Origin: Bdellovibrionales bacterium
GTDB taxonomy: Bacteria > Bdellovibrionota > UBA1018 > CAIMNF01
Length of the DNA: 28,514 bases
Direction: 5' to 3'
Assembly (NCBI GenBank): GCA_040380025.1
Contig: JBEIJY010000031.1
Span: 1 to 28,514 of the forward strand
Positions within the stretch are counted from its first letter, which is position 1, and every line of letters starts with the position of its first letter. The position numbers and the translations under genes were made by a program. Positions 1-9,414 of this stretch are shown piece by piece. The notes below the pieces were generated by a model. It worked only from the letters and a program-made list of their open reading frames with translations, was not told the DNA's origin and searched no databases.

Positions 1-2
1 AT

Positions 3-119
3 TGCATCGAAGACTGGGAGCAAAAGCTTGAGTCGATTGTACAAGAACTATTGATCATCTTGAAGACGCAGGGTCAGATCATTAAAAGAGATTCTGAAAA
101 ATCGGGAGATGGTTCATGA
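3..119 (+). CDS. 3' end of a hypothetical protein of the integrated element (runs off the left edge)
   Basis: Frame 3 is open from the edge (CIEDWEQKLESIVQELLIILKTQG...DGS*). Its TGA overlaps the next ATG (ATGA, 116-119). Confidence 0.45.
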   Translation, partial: CIEDWEQKLESIVQELLIILKTQGQIIKRDSEKSGDGS

Positions 120-394
120 AAACTCACAGGAACTCACCCGAACACACGCAGTCGTCAGAAGGTAGTGAATCGTGCTACAACGAGGTTACCGACACATGCT
201 CTTTGACAACTGAATATGCTGATTTTTTTGATACCGAACAGGCCGCACAGTTCTTGGGGATATCCATTAAGACACTCCATAACTTGTGCAGCTCTGGCCA
301 AGTTCCCTATTATAAATTTGGCCGACGCAATCGGTATCGAAAAGACGAATTGAAGGCGCTTCTTCTGGCCGAACCCAGAGGAGGTCGCAAATGA
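116..394 (+). CDS. Helix-turn-helix (HTH_17/excisionase-like) DNA-binding protein
   Basis: FDTEQAAQFLGISIKTLHNLCSSGQVPYYKFGRRNRYRKDEL is a typical MerR-like Xis wHTH. ATGA overlap with the integrase. Confidence 0.85.
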   Translation: MKTHRNSPEHTQSSEGSESCYNEVTDTCSLTTEYADFFDTEQAAQFLGISIKTLHNLCSSGQVPYYKFGRRNRYRKDELKALLLAEPRGGRK

Positions 395-1530
395 AAAAAC
401 AAAGCCCCATACAGGGGATTAAACAAAAAGAAGACGGTACGTACTCGGTACAATACTCAGCAAGGCATCCGGTCACACGAATACCGAAAACGCTGAGGCG
501 AAAATGTACTGATAAAGGTGAACCAATTAGAACAATGGCCGAAGCTCAGAGAATCTATCGGCAGCTTGTGATTGAAGTGACAAAAGCTCTTGAGGGGGAA
601 GTTACTCCTACTTGGGGCGCACTTGTTGAAAGCTACTTAGCCGCTGCTCTTGAGCGTGGCAACACACCAAAGACGGTAGAAAACTACAAGCTTGGGTTAG
701 AAGCTCATACATTTGCAAAATGGAAAACACGCAAGGTTACTGAAATCACAACAGACGAAATCAGAAGTCTTGTAAAAGACGGGCTTGGAGATCGATCAGA
801 AGGGCAAAAGAAAAACATTCTTAAGTTCATCAAAGCGGTCTTTAAGTGTGGAGTCGAGTCTGGGGTTATCAATCGAGACCCAACACCAGATGTGAAGTTC
901 CGCAAAGGCGATAAGATTAAGGATTGTCTAACGGAACCTCAGATACGAGTTCTTCTTAACAAGGCAAAGACTCTAGGTATTGAGTGGTACCCGCATTGGG
1001 CGATGGCGCTCTATACGGGAATGCGCAACGGCGAGCTTTACGCCTTAACTTGGGACAAGGTGGATTTAGATCGCCGACTCATCAAAGTGGATTGTAGCTG
1101 GAACAATGTAGATGGTTTTAAGTCTACAAAGTCTGGCGATGATCGTATGGTCGAGATCGCCTCAGCTCTTGTGCCAGTATTGGCTGAGCTAAAACTGAAA
1201 CATAGCGACTCAATTTATGTTTTACCTAGGCTCACCAAATGGGATAAGGGCGAGCAAGCTAGAGAACTGAGAATGTTTTTAGTTTCTTGTGGTCTTCCTC
1301 AAGTGAGGTTCCATGACCTAAGAGCATCTTGGGCGACTGTCATGTTAGGGAAAGGCATCGAGCCTGCTAAAGTAATGATCATGGGCGGCTGGAAAGAAAT
1401 GAAAACCATGATGATTTACATGCGCAAGGCTGGGATCACTATCCAAGGGATCACCGACAACCTAGTGCTTCACAGCTCGAATTCGGAGCACGCGCAGGTA
1501 GTCAATTTAGGCAGCCGTCGTACTTCGTAG
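391..1530 (+). CDS. Tyrosine recombinase/phage-type integrase
   Basis: Catalytic set present: TGMRNGE (R), TKSG (K), FHDLR (HxxR), GW, MIY (Y). SAM-like core-binding region upstream. Confidence 0.95.
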   Translation: MKKQSPIQGIKQKEDGTYSVQYSARHPVTRIPKTLRRKCTDKGEPIRTMAEAQRIYRQLVIEVTKALEGEVTPTWGALVESYLAAALERGNTPKTVENYKLGLEAHTFAKWKTRKVTEITTDEIRSLVKDGLGDRSEGQKKNILKFIKAVFKCGVESGVINRDPTPDVKFRKGDKIKDCLTEPQIRVLLNKAKTLGIEWYPHWAMALYTGMRNGELYALTWDKVDLDRRLIKVDCSWNNVDGFKSTKSGDDRMVEIASALVPVLAELKLKHSDSIYVLPRLTKWDKGEQARELRMFLVSCGLPQVRFHDLRASWATVMLGKGIEPAKVMIMGGWKEMKTMMIYMRKAGITIQGITDNLVLHSSNSEHAQVVNLGSRRTS

Positions 1531-1573
1531 TATTCATGAATTGTGAGATGAATGAAATCGCAGAGTTAAATGC

Positions 1574-1592
1574 AGTCTCTTCGTCTCCACCA
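1574..1592 (+). other. Putative att site: duplicated 3' end of tRNA-Ala or tmRNA
   Basis: AGT-CTCTT-CGTCTCC-A-CCA parses as T-loop end, T-stem 3' strand, acceptor strand with U70, discriminator A73 and CCA. It lies just after the integrase stop and before a terminator. Confidence 0.7.
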
Positions 1593-1598
1593 AATTAC

Positions 1599-1628
1599 AA
1601 AAGCCCGGGCTTCGGCCTGGGCTTTTTT
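1599..1628 (+). terminator. Rho-independent terminator
   Basis: AAGCCCGGGC-TTCG-GCCTGGGCTT stem with a C(UUCG)G loop followed by a T run. The preceding A run suggests it may be bidirectional. Confidence 0.85.
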
Positions 1629-1696
1629 ATTGGGTCTTGTAATTACGGGAACTTAGCCGACAAGAGCCAGGGCGTGCACCGGGCTCACATCACTCT

Positions 1697-2020
1697 TGGA
1701 GTTGCCCCGTCAATACCGGACCATCTAGCCGGTTCGTTTTTGTTCCATCTCCCGCCTGAACTGCCTCGGGGATAGCATCTTGAGCCCCTTGTGGGGGGCA
1801 TTCTCGTTGTAATCTTCGAACCATTTCTCCAGTTGCCCCATCACGACCATTGCACTCGATAGATCCGCAGACCAGACATAGTCACGCTTGAAGGTCTTCA
1901 CGAAGGCTTCGGCCATGCCGTTTGATTCCGGGCTGTAGGAAGGTGTCGTACAGGACTCTAGATTCAATCTTCGAGCCGTTTCGACGGTCTCATTGGCAAT
2001 GTAGGCAGGACCGTCGGGAT
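1697..2020 (-). pseudogene. IS3-family (IS2-group-like) transposase C-terminal remnant with right inverted repeat
   Basis: DGPAYIANET...SPESNGMAEAFVKTFKRDYV...HKGLKMLSPRQF resembles the IS2 OrfB C-terminus. TGGAGTTGCCCC...CCGGAC at 1697 resembles an IS2-type end. The N-terminal part is absent. Confidence 0.8.
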
Positions 2021-2118
2021 TACCCCTAAAAACTGTGAAGTTTGATTGATGAGTCACTCCGCGTTATGACCTCTCCCCAAGAACACTGCCAGGCAAAAGC
2101 TTAGAGGCAACGCTTTAT

Positions 2119-2927
2119 TCAGGCCGCCTTCAACTGCATTTTTCTTCTCGCAAACTCCCTCGGAGTGATGTTTCCGATGGAGCTGTGAGGGCGATAATGA
2201 TTGTAATCTTCTCGCCACGCCTCAATTGAAGATTGTGCATCCCGGATCGAAAGAAAGCAATGCGTGTTCAGGCATTCATCCCGAAGCCTCCCATTGAAGC
2301 TCTCGATGTGCCCGTTTTCTGTGGGCTTTCCAGGACGGATAAAATGGATTTTGATTTCGTTGATGTAGGCCCATTGTTCGAGAGCCCGAGATGTGAACTC
2401 AGAACCGTTGTCGACGCAGATGATTTCCGGGAGGCCCCGTTCGTGCTTCAGGCGCTCAAGAGTTTCGACCTCCTGCTTTGAGGTCAGCCGATAATCAACC
2501 GGAATCGCCAAGGCTTCGCGACTCAACTGATCGACTATGGTCAACGCCCGAAACTTCCGACCATCGGCGAGCTGATCGTGCACGAAGTCCATCGACCAGA
2601 CCTCATTGATCCGTGTCGGCGTGGGCGGGGGCACCCGCAGGACCGCCCCGTGTTTTCGTTATAAATTCGATGCACTTTCTTTTTGTTCACTGACCAACCC
2701 TCCCGCCTTAACACCGTATGGATTCTCAGGTACCCGAACCTGGGACGATTTGCTGCAACCTCTTTTATTCGACCCTGAATCGCACGATCATCCCTTCGTT
2801 GGGGTTGGTAATCAAACGTCGATCGGTGAAGTTTTAAAAGCCCGCACAAGCGGCGAACCGAAACCCCGTACCGCGTCCCGAGGTCGCGCCCCAGTTCGCG
2901 GCGCTTGGCAGGCTTTAAAGCTTTTTT
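2119..2927 (-). pseudogene. IS3-family transposase OrfB (DDE), frameshifted by an internal deletion near 2659
   Basis: The HTH part (RFGYLRIHTVLRREGWSVNKKKVHRIY) and the DDE core ([25 protein letters not shown]) lie in different frames, and the usual linker after HRIY is missing. Confidence 0.85.
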
Positions 2928-3181
2928 GAGAGGACATCCTGAAGCATCTGCTTGTCGAGCATCAGATCCGCCACGATTCGTTTTAAGCGAGAGATCTCTT
3001 CCTCTTGTTGCTTGAGCTTTCTCAGCTCGGGAACTCCTATGCCAGCATACTTCTTCTTCCAGACATAAAATGTTTGCTCGGTGATTCCCAGGCTCCGAAT
3101 GAGCTCCTTAACGGGCTCACCAGCCTCCGCGCGCCGGAGCGCATGGGTGATTTCTTCTTCGGTAAAACGACTTCGTTTCAT
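2915..3181 (-). CDS. IS3-family transposase OrfA
   Basis: MKRSRFTEEEITHALRRAEAG...ITEQTFYVWKKKYAG...LKRIVADLMLDKQMLQDVLSKKL. AAGGAGG RBS before ATG 3181. Confidence 0.9.
   Translation of the reverse strand: MKRSRFTEEEITHALRRAEAGEPVKELIRSLGITEQTFYVWKKKYAGIGVPELRKLKQQEEEISRLKRIVADLMLDKQMLQDVLSKKL
2921..2927 (-). promoter_or_regulatory. Programmed -1 ribosomal frameshift site (A AAA AAG)
   Basis: The minus strand reads CTCTC-AAAAAAG-CTTTAA at the orfA end, which is canonical for the IS3 family. Confidence 0.8.
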
Positions 3182-3261
3182 AGGTCCTCCTTTTGTCAAA
3201 AAGAAGGCCGCCTGTCACGCTGCATCTAAACTGATGAATGGCCGTGTTTTATGGGAGGAGG

Positions 3262-4263
3262 TCAAACTTTTCCGAGAAGTTGATGCTTCATTCGATTCCC
3301 CCAAGTGGGTTTGTAGAGAAGCTTCACAGATTCCCTTTTGAAGCTGTATCCGGGAGAGTGATCGAGATCGCCGTGGCGGATGATTCTTTCCATGAGCGTG
3401 ATGTAGTCTTTGGCCATCCGCTCAAGGCTGAAGTGGTTCACAACTGATTCCCGACACGCAGACGGCAAAACCGTTCCGATTTTCCCCCAGGCGTCCAGAA
3501 GCTCCTGATAATTCGAGCAGACAAAGCCCGTTCCGGGTCTCACCAGTTCCGGCATGCAGCCGTTGGTCGAGGCGATCACGGGGGTTCCGCAGGCGAGAGA
3601 CTCCAGAGGCGCCACGGCGCAGGGCTCATCCCAGTTGGTGGGGTAGAGCAAGGCCTTCGCGCGAGCAAGGAGTTCAAGTTTGCCTTCTGACTCGCCAATC
3701 ATGCCTTTGTATTCGACATACTTCGAATTCCGCCCCTCTCCACCCATGACCACCAATTTGACCTTCAGGTCGTGGGCAAAATCGATGCAGGTCTTCAGGT
3801 TCTTGACCCGCCAGCTGGCCCGGGCAAGGAAAACAACGTATTCCTCTTTTTTTTCGACAAATGGGAATCTTCCCGCATCCACCCCATTGTAAACGAATAC
3901 CTTCGCGCCGTGAGAGCGTGCGTGGGATTCGCTCAAAAAATTGGTATTCGAAAAATATTTCTCATCCCGAGATCCATTCCCGTGAATGGTGATCAAAAAC
4001 GGGATCCGGGGGCGCTCATGGAGAGGTTCATGACTATGCAGAAAATCGATTCCTCCCGGCAGCCAGCTCTCAATCGGACGGAGCGCCAGATCTGGGGGAA
4101 CTGCGATTGTTTCGACACCGGCCATGGAGCTTCCCTTGGCGCACAAGAGCACCACCTCATGGCCCAGTTTTTGGTATTCGCTCACCAGGCTGACGACGAT
4201 TCGCTCGATTCCGCCGTATCGGGCAGGGGGGAGTATGGTGTTGTGAAGGAGTGCGATTCTCAT
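3262..4263 (-). CDS. Glycosyltransferase family 4 (GT-B)
   Basis: MRIALL...PPARYGGIERIV, VYNGVD, EPCAVAPLESLACGTPVIAS (Ex7E motif). Start set at MRIAL by family N-terminus. Confidence 0.9.
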   Translation of the reverse strand: MRIALLHNTILPPARYGGIERIVVSLVSEYQKLGHEVVLLCAKGSSMAGVETIAVPPDLALRPIESWLPGGIDFLHSHEPLHERPRIPFLITIHGNGSRDEKYFSNTNFLSESHARSHGAKVFVYNGVDAGRFPFVEKKEEYVVFLARASWRVKNLKTCIDFAHDLKVKLVVMGGEGRNSKYVEYKGMIGESEGKLELLARAKALLYPTNWDEPCAVAPLESLACGTPVIASTNGCMPELVRPGTGFVCSNYQELLDAWGKIGTVLPSACRESVVNHFSLERMAKDYITLMERIIRHGDLDHSPGYSFKRESVKLLYKPTWGNRMKHQLLGKV

Positions 4264-4412
4264 GAAGTCGAACATATCTTTGATTTTCGTCGGGGAGTAG
4301 TGTTTTTCGGTTCTCCACATCGTGGAGAGGGCGTCGAATTCAGGGGGTGAATGGAGGTGACGTTTTCATGACAGCTAGGTTGTTGAAATCATGGGTTGGT
4401 ACTTTGCGTTTA

Positions 4413-4625
4413 CTACGGATTGAGGTTCAAGAGACCCCATTGAGGAGTGCCTTCTTTAAGGGAAATCAAAAAGGCACGTTCTTCAGGTGTGAGGCCATTA
4501 CCCAGCTGAGTGATGATCTGGTCGCGGACCTTCAGTAGGTCGTCAAGTTTTACATCCTCAGCAGTCATGCCGAGGAATTCGTTTTTATAGGTCGCCTTGA
4601 TGTTTCTAAGTGTGGGGCTGACGAG
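4413..4625 (-). pseudogene. C-terminal fragment resembling AbiEii/AbiGii-family nucleotidyltransferase toxin
   Basis: Hand translation: LVSPTLRNIKATYKNEFLGMTAEDVKLDDLLKVRDQII...LTPEERAFLISLKEGTPQWGLLNLNP*. It resembles the 'EFxGMT...ERxFLxSLKxGxPxW' tail recalled for this family. AT-rich patch. Confidence 0.55.
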
Positions 4626-4659
4626 AGCGATACCCCGCTTCGGGTTTCGGGGTCTCCGA

Positions 4660-5050
4660 TTAGATCGCTCTCGGTTTCAGATCGCTCTTCAGATAAAGCG
4701 GGTGCTTGGGCTGACCCGAGAGGGACATTTCGAGACAATGTGGTTCTTTCAGCAGCTTGAGCACCTCGCTTCCCCGGTCGAAAAGCGTTCCATGATTGCC
4801 CCAGGCCGCAACCACGAGTGAGGCTTCCTCCTGGAGCTTCAAAAGGGAGCGGTTGTTCTCGGGACCCACAGGGTCGGGGCATTGACTCAGTTTCTGCGGA
4901 TCCGTGGCGCGATACGCGAAGAGGTTCGCCATCACCAAACCGCCGAAGCCCCAGGCCCGCGCGAAGTTCACGCATCGAGTGATGGTGGGATCATCGTTGG
5001 TCTCATCGGCGGTGGATGGATTCAGGTCGATGAACAGGACCAGAGGCCCC
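4660..5050 (-). pseudogene. DUF1643-family protein, probably N-terminally truncated
   Basis: VLFIDLNPSTADETNDDPTITRCVNFARAWGFGGLVMANLFAYRATDP...VVAAWGNHG...PKHPLY. There is no plausible start or N-terminal 'YRY' segment between it and the upstream stop at 5084. Confidence 0.7.
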
Positions 5051-5083
5051 CGAGGGGTCAGGGGCCCGAAAGCGGGCAAGCCC

Positions 5084-6568
5084 TCATCCCGAGCAGCACT
5101 TCTTGAATTTCTTGCCGCTCCCGCACGGACAGGGGTCGTTGCGACCGGTGCTGGAACGAACTGCATCGGCCTTGAGCAGTTCGGCGTGCTCGAAGAGTCT
5201 TTGGCGGATCGCCCCGACATCGCGGGCAAACCGCACATAATTCGAGTCCCAATACGCGAACACTTCATCAGCCTTCTGCCGGATCGCGGCCGCATCCGGA
5301 AGCGCCGGCTTACCGAGTTCGAAGCACTCCTCTTGAAACTTCGAGAGCTTCGCGACGAAAGCGTGATTGTTCAAGAATGATTCCTCGGGGGTTCCGGCCT
5401 GAATGAAAAGTCCGCCCAAAAAGCAGTTCAAGAAATCCGCGAGACGGAACACGAAGAGCCCGGGCTCCTTCATGACCGAGGCAAGAGGATGCCGGATCGG
5501 GAACAACTCGCTCATGTACCGGCTGTAAGAATCGTGAATCGAGAGGAGCTGTACCGCGAACAACACCCCCTGCCCCATCGATTCGGGCTCGATCGTTTCT
5601 CCGGTTTCGAGGTCGCTCAGAATGGAATTCAGGATTTCCATCGCCATCTCGTCCGGGTTCGGCGAAAGAACGGCTCCCAGAATGAACCCCTTGTGGCCCG
5701 AGAGGGGTCCCTGAACATTCATTCCCATGAACAGCAGGTCGAGCTCATGATCATCCAGCATACTGAGCCGACGATAGGCATCGTTCAGTTCACGGCTGGA
5801 TTTCTCGACCGGCGTCGGAAGAGGAGCCCCCCACTCCTCGGCAACATCCTCGAAGGTGAGAGCATCGGTATTCACACAGCGCTCGGAAAACGCGTTCAGA
5901 ATGAGGGTTCGCGTCTGCTCATCGCGCACCCCGAACTCGAGCAAATGACCGATGAGCACCGCATTGGTCGATCCCGCGTTCAGGCGATAATGGCAAAGCC
6001 GCTTTTGCAGTTTCGCGATCGTCAACTCCCGAAGGTGAACGATCTCGCGGTCCGGGTCTTCGGCGTGCTTCTCGAGCACCGTCCGCACCACGCCCGTCAA
6101 AAGATCGAGCAATTCGGCCTGATCGCGCCATGCGAGCCCGGTTTCGACCTCGCTCATGCAATACGGCACCACGGCCGGCCCGAACCCGGCAAGCACGGCC
6201 GGGATTTCCTCGTACTCCCAGCAGTGTTCCTCTTCGTCCTCGTCTTCGTACCCCGCACTGCCGTGCAAAAACCCGATCAAAACAGGAATCGAGGACGCAT
6301 CCCGAAGCTGTCCCAGCGCGCGCACGATCAGAACGGGCACGGGTTCGGCTTCCGGATCGAACCGGAACGTCCCCCGCGAAAGATCATCCTCGAGAATCTG
6401 ATGCAAGGCGGGCAGATCCTCGCGCGTGATTCCGGAGGCACGATAATCAAAATCGGGATCCAAAAGTGCTTTGTCCGAAAGCGCTTTCAGTTTCGACAGG
6501 ACTGTTCGGGAAGGAAGAGAGAGTTCCATAGGCCGGTGACGATAAAGCGGGATTCCGGATTTTTCCAT
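5084..6568 (-). CDS. SEC-C metal-binding motif protein with helical (HEAT/DUF1186-like) N-terminal region; start uncertain
   Basis: C-terminal [22 protein letters not shown]-like [20 protein letters not shown]. Confidence 0.8.
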   Translation of the reverse strand: MEKSGIPLYRHRPMELSLPSRTVLSKLKALSDKALLDPDFDYRASGITREDLPALHQILEDDLSRGTFRFDPEAEPVPVLIVRALGQLRDASSIPVLIGFLHGSAGYEDEDEEEHCWEYEEIPAVLAGFGPAVVPYCMSEVETGLAWRDQAELLDLLTGVVRTVLEKHAEDPDREIVHLRELTIAKLQKRLCHYRLNAGSTNAVLIGHLLEFGVRDEQTRTLILNAFSERCVNTDALTFEDVAEEWGAPLPTPVEKSSRELNDAYRRLSMLDDHELDLLFMGMNVQGPLSGHKGFILGAVLSPNPDEMAMEILNSILSDLETGETIEPESMGQGVLFAVQLLSIHDSYSRYMSELFPIRHPLASVMKEPGLFVFRLADFLNCFLGGLFIQAGTPEESFLNNHAFVAKLSKFQEECFELGKPALPDAAAIRQKADEVFAYWDSNYVRFARDVGAIRQRLFEHAELLKADAVRSSTGRNDPCPCGSGKKFKKCCSG

Positions 6569-6600
6569 GGGATTCGCGATCCCGGCCTTCGTTCCGACGA

Positions 6601-7362
6601 TCAAAAATGGACAACTCTCCGGAACCAGGAGCGAAGCGCCCGCAAAGCATACTTGAATTCCGTTTGGTTTCGATCGGATCGCATTCGATTCGCTGTGACC
6701 CAGTTGCTTTCTTCTTTGTTCTCGCCCTTCTGGATGAACACGAGATTGTGGTAGAAACTCATGGCCGTGATGTTGCGGTCGAAGTAGCCGGGCCGGTATG
6801 AGGGGCGGTCGATCTCCATGAAATTCAGGCAGTCCGTCAGCCCCTTGAAAAAATTCATCGCCGTCGCGGGATTTCCGAGATTGTGACTGTCGCCGCCATA
6901 CGCGTTCCAGTACGAAGTCTGGATGTCTTCGACGGCATAGATTCCGTCTTGCTTGAGGAGCGGAAACAGGATCCGGAACGTTTCGATGATGTGGGCATTG
7001 ATATGACTGCCGTCATCGACAATGAGGTCGATCGGACCGGTCTCCCGAACCACTCGCTCGAGGAACTCACGATCCACCTGGCTTCCCCGGAAAATCCGGA
7101 TTCGCTCCTCCTCGTGTGGCGTCTTGTCGTGGATGTCGATGCCGTAAATCCGGCCCCGCGGAAAGAACTCCTTCCACATCCGGAGCGACTCCCCTCCGGC
7201 CTCGGGATTCCCGTAGCCACCGACCCCGATCTCGAGCAGGACCACTTCCTGATCGCGAAGGTGCTGGAAGTGCCTCTCGTAGTGGGGCGTATAAAAGTGC
7301 AAACCCCATTTGTCAGTCTTGTGCTTCCGGGCAAGTTCGGTGAGGGACGGGCGCGGCTCCAT
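6601..7362 (-). CDS. Class I SAM-dependent methyltransferase, MycE/TylE-like sugar O-methyltransferase
   Basis: [70 protein letters not shown]. Confidence 0.88.
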   Translation of the reverse strand: MEPRPSLTELARKHKTDKWGLHFYTPHYERHFQHLRDQEVVLLEIGVGGYGNPEAGGESLRMWKEFFPRGRIYGIDIHDKTPHEEERIRIFRGSQVDREFLERVVRETGPIDLIVDDGSHINAHIIETFRILFPLLKQDGIYAVEDIQTSYWNAYGGDSHNLGNPATAMNFFKGLTDCLNFMEIDRPSYRPGYFDRNITAMSFYHNLVFIQKGENKEESNWVTANRMRSDRNQTEFKYALRALRSWFRRVVHF

Positions 7363-7404
7363 GGGGGGATTCTAGCCAAAACAGCGAAGTTTCTCCAGAA
7401 CAAA

Positions 7405-8592
7405 TCAAATCCACTTGCCTTGATTCCGGGACCGATACCGAAGCATGCCCTTCCCCGCCACAGCCCCTTGCGTGACTGCGGCCTGAATCAAAAAGCCCCC
7501 CGTCGGTGCGGTCCAGTCAAGCATCTCGCCCCCAACAAACACGCCAGGAAAGCGCTTTAACGCGAGCTCATTCCCTGGTTCGGTCGAAACTTCGTCGAGA
7601 TCCACACCGCCCGTGCTCGAGATCGCCTCGACCAGGGGCCTTGCACGCAATAGCTCGATCGGAAACTCCTTGATCCGGGCAGTAAGAAGCTCAAGATCGC
7701 CTCGAATCGATTCGTCGGTGTGATGAAACAAAAGCGCAAATGAGGCCTCGCAAAGACCGAGCACTTTTTTTACCCTTCTGATCGGCGACAGATTCTCGCG
7801 AACCGATCGCAGGCGCGCAAGAATCTCGTCACGGCTCAGTTGGGGCTTCAAATCAAGAATCGCACTCCCCGCCTCGCCCAAAAAATACACGGGGGTTCCC
7901 TCGAGTCCGTATCGGGTCACAACAAGCTCTCCTGCCTTTTCGCCGTTTTTGTTTTTGAGGCGGATGTTCTTCAGGGGCTTTCCCTCGGCTTCTTGTAAAA
8001 ACTCCTCGCGCCAGGCCACCTCGTAGCCCGCATTGGCCGAGTAAAACGGCTTCACGCGCACGCCTGCGGCTTGCATAATCTTCGGCCACTTCGGCTCGGA
8101 GTCTTCCCAGCTTCCGCCGCCGAGAAACAATCCCGACACTTCGAACGAAGAAAGCTCCTCGAACCCGCTCCATTCGTGATTCGGGACAAACTGAACACCA
8201 AGATCGGTGAGACGGCTCCTCCAGGCGCGCAAAAGGCCCGAGGCTTTCATTTCTTTCACAAAGTAGCGGCTCGAGGTGCCGACAAAGGTTTCGAGGCCCA
8301 GGCTTTCGATGAAGCGGATCCAGTCGTCGGGCGAGAAGATCTCGAAGAACCGCCTCCAGATCGCACGATCAAAACCTCGGTAATGCGAGAGAAAGTCTTC
8401 GAGATCGGTCTTGTGGGAAACATTCAGGCCGGAGCTCCCGGCGATCAGGAGCTTGCGTCCGTAAGAGGGGCGCCTCTCGAACAGGGTGACCGGAACCCCG
8501 GCCTCTGCCAGCACGGTGGCGGCCATGAGGCCCGCCGGTCCGGAACCATAAATTGCGGCCCGAGGGGGTTCGGGATGAACTTTAGCGAACAT
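7405..8592 (-). CDS. HI0933/BaiN-like NAD(P)/FAD-dependent flavoprotein (TIGR03862-like)
   Basis: GSGPAGLMAA, GRKLLIAGSSGLNVSH, ETFVGTSSRYF, AISSTGGV, GEMLDWTAPTGGFLIQ. Confidence 0.92.
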   Translation of the reverse strand: MFAKVHPEPPRAAIYGSGPAGLMAATVLAEAGVPVTLFERRPSYGRKLLIAGSSGLNVSHKTDLEDFLSHYRGFDRAIWRRFFEIFSPDDWIRFIESLGLETFVGTSSRYFVKEMKASGLLRAWRSRLTDLGVQFVPNHEWSGFEELSSFEVSGLFLGGGSWEDSEPKWPKIMQAAGVRVKPFYSANAGYEVAWREEFLQEAEGKPLKNIRLKNKNGEKAGELVVTRYGLEGTPVYFLGEAGSAILDLKPQLSRDEILARLRSVRENLSPIRRVKKVLGLCEASFALLFHHTDESIRGDLELLTARIKEFPIELLRARPLVEAISSTGGVDLDEVSTEPGNELALKRFPGVFVGGEMLDWTAPTGGFLIQAAVTQGAVAGKGMLRYRSRNQGKWI

Positions 8593-8637
8593 GGAGTGGA
8601 AAATAGCACGAAGGGGCTTTTTCGCGCATTATTAATG

Positions 8638-8667
8638 TTGACAAAAATGATACACTTAAGTTATCAT
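8638..8667 (+). promoter_or_regulatory. Sigma70-type promoter with overlapping inverted repeat
   Basis: TTGACA(8638)-N18-TATCAT(8662), 7 nt before ATG 8675. ATGATA-N9-TATCAT dyad at 8647-8667. Confidence 0.65.
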
Positions 8668-8674
8668 ACGCGTC

Positions 8675-9199
8675 ATGAAAATCATTCAAGTACTCTGTTC
8701 ATTGTTGGCGTTTTTTTCGATTTCTTCAGCCGTAGCCTGTGGCGGGGGTTACGTGATTCTGAACAACGATACCGTTCTGATCTCGGAACAGGTCACTTCT
8801 GGAAAAGATCAAATCAGCGTTGAGGAACTGCAGGACCTTCTTAGCAAACAAAACGTTGCCATCGGACTCTCCGACAAGAAAAAAACAACCACCCACCGCA
8901 TCCTGAAAGTCGCAATTCAGTACACCTTCAAACCAAAAAATGCCCATGCGAACTGGAAGCCTGAAATCCTCTGGACCGACTATACGATTCAAACCCTGGT
9001 TCGCACCCCGGAAGCCGCTACGCTGAATCTCGCGGAGATCGAGACCATTCGCGTGAAGAGCAACGTGGAACAAGCTGCGGACGGAAGTATCGACCACTCA
9101 AAAGGTGTTTTGATCATTCTGGACGGAGCGAAGTCCAGCACCTATCACGAAGAATTCAGCACAGAACTTCATTCGAACATCAAAGTATTCGGCTGCTGA
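8675..9199 (+). CDS. Hypothetical secreted protein
   Basis: Signal peptide (MKIIQVLCSLLAFFSISSAVA), with its own promoter and terminator. Confidence 0.75.
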   Translation: MKIIQVLCSLLAFFSISSAVACGGGYVILNNDTVLISEQVTSGKDQISVEELQDLLSKQNVAIGLSDKKKTTTHRILKVAIQYTFKPKNAHANWKPEILWTDYTIQTLVRTPEAATLNLAEIETIRVKSNVEQAADGSIDHSKGVLIILDGAKSSTYHEEFSTELHSNIKVFGC

Positions 9200-9221
9200 T
9201 CAAAAAATCACTCAGAATATC

Positions 9222-9278
9222 AAGGGGCTGACTCGAGCCAAGATCGCAAGAGCGATCGGTCGAGTCGGCCCCTTTTTT
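9222..9278 (+). terminator. Long-stem Rho-independent terminator
   Basis: AAGGGGCTGACTCGA...GATCGC-AAGA-GCGATC...TCGAGTCGGCCCCTT followed by a T run. Confidence 0.8.
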
Positions 9279-9414
9279 ATTTTTACATAAACGCTATTTA
9301 CATCCCCCCACCCCTGCCGTATTGAGGGGGCGGGTCCGTACCATGCGGCGCCGGAGTTCTTCCGGGCGATTCCGGAGTGCCGCTGCATTGTGCCCGGAGG
9401 TTTGGGGAGTCAGT

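Larger units (their letters stand above)
1..1592. mobile_element. Terminal part of an integrated genomic island/prophage
   Basis: xis-int pair, visibly more AT-rich than the host genes to the right, ending in a tRNA-like 3' end. Confidence 0.75.
2067..3264 (-). mobile_element. IS3-family insertion sequence (IS407-group-like), with both ends but damaged orfB
   Basis: Imperfect terminal IRs TGACCTCTCCCCAAGAACACTGCCA (2067+) and TGACCTCCTCCCATAAAACACGGCCA (3264-), orfA/orfB layout, A6G frameshift site. No target duplication seen. Confidence 0.9.

Noticed and set aside
1536..1775. 79-aa ORF, or a complete tRNA at the att site
   Set aside because: The ORF crosses the att site, terminator and IS end. 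Only the last 19 nt are tRNA-like and no cloverleaf is present.
5489..6754. Long antisense ORFs (also 19843-21246, 10282-11229, 14353-15096)
   Set aside because: They lie opposite better-supported genes in GC-rich DNA and have no recognisable motifs.
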